Shown in pieces: positions 38,882 to 39,596 of a stretch of 39,596 bases of DNA. Position 1 is the first letter of the stretch. Each line of letters opens with the position of its first letter. The translations under genes were made by a program, and so were the position numbers. The notes beneath the pieces are model-generated. The model was not told the DNA's origin and ran no database searches. It saw nothing but the letters and a program-made list of their open reading frames with translations. Source of the stretch: Octopus sinensis (lineage: Eukaryota); assembly GCF_006345805.1 (NCBI RefSeq), contig NW_021835521.1:1-39596 (forward strand), written 5' to 3'.

Positions 38882-39154
38882 TATTCTTTTATATATACCT
38901 GGAACTATTCCCCATTTTTTAGGAGGGGTTAGCCACAACAAGATACACAACAGGCATTCCATTCACTTCCCACCTCAAAGAGGCGAGCCCCGTTCTATGT
39001 TCAGGTCAAGGCATAGAACGCAACCCCCAATATCAGCAGCGGTGCCGGACAGCATATGCTGGTTTACTCCCGCCGTATCATACTGGTTCCCACTCTTTAA
39101 GCAACATCAAATTCACTCATCCGTTCACAAACATTCTCCAAGCTTTCCTATACT

Positions 39155-39189
<35 letters not shown>

Positions 39190-39596
39190 TCTATTATATA
39201 AAATCCGTTCTGTCTGTCTGTGTGTGTGTCTTCTAGGATCTCGGGCATCCTCCATTCGATTGTGTTCAAATTTGATATGTAGATACCGACGGTATCTTGA
39301 AAAAATTACAAAAGTCGATTCCAGGTGAGAATGCGATCGATAAAGCCGTGGGAACATGCATTTGTACGCACAAGTACATCAGCTGTTGCGATCGATACTT
39401 CTCGTACGCGAGAAAAATGCACGTGCAGTTTGCGCACAAAAAAGCCGGCTGGCTTGAATTAATGTCACAGAATGGGACGGTCGGACAAGTTGTTTTGAGA
39501 AAATTTGGTTTAAATGTTTGACAACTCAGCACCGCCCACTGGACGTGGGGTGACGTTTTGCTCGTATTTTATTTATTTTTTTATTTTTATCTGTTT
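39190..39596 (+). mobile_element. Probable 5' end of a non-autonomous Helitron-like element (runs off the window)
   Basis: Starts A|TCTATTATATAAAA, then a short (CTGT)/(GT) microsatellite and ttcgattgtgttcaaatttgatatgtag. This layout is typical of non-autonomous Helitron 5' ends; the 3' end is not visible. Confidence 0.55.

Overview
This is AT-rich, microsatellite-saturated animal non-coding DNA, probably an intron or intergenic stretch. It is most likely from an octopus (Octopus sp.); I infer this from recognising abundant octopus-type tRNA-derived SINEs and the repeat landscape, without a database search. I can support no host protein-coding exon, RNA gene or CRISPR array, and most ORFs in the track are translated microsatellites. 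The recognisable content is retroelement debris: a 2.7-kb 5'-truncated R4/Dong LINE (RT + CCHC + restriction-like endonuclease) inside (TAA)n; several Tx1/L1-clade LINE pieces; RTE, CRE and CR1 fragments; Penelope-like (GIY-YIG) fragments; several SINE families; and a probable Helitron 5' end. Two themes deserve follow-up. (1) About ten type I hammerhead-ribozyme (HHR) motifs of the Penelope pseudo-LTR kind, with palindromic stem III. One is intact (36842-36889), one is near-intact with a ~90-nt stem II (14552-14677), two separate copies share a U3-A8 core covariation (16492-16536, 34099-34142), and one foldback lacks the HHR segment in one arm (14853-15188). (2) LINE families appear partitioned among microsatellite classes, including a Tx1 family found twice in tandem in (CTAT)n. 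Frequent 1-nt indels and a near-identical 465-bp tandem duplication suggest some long-read assembly error, so frameshifts should be read cautiously.
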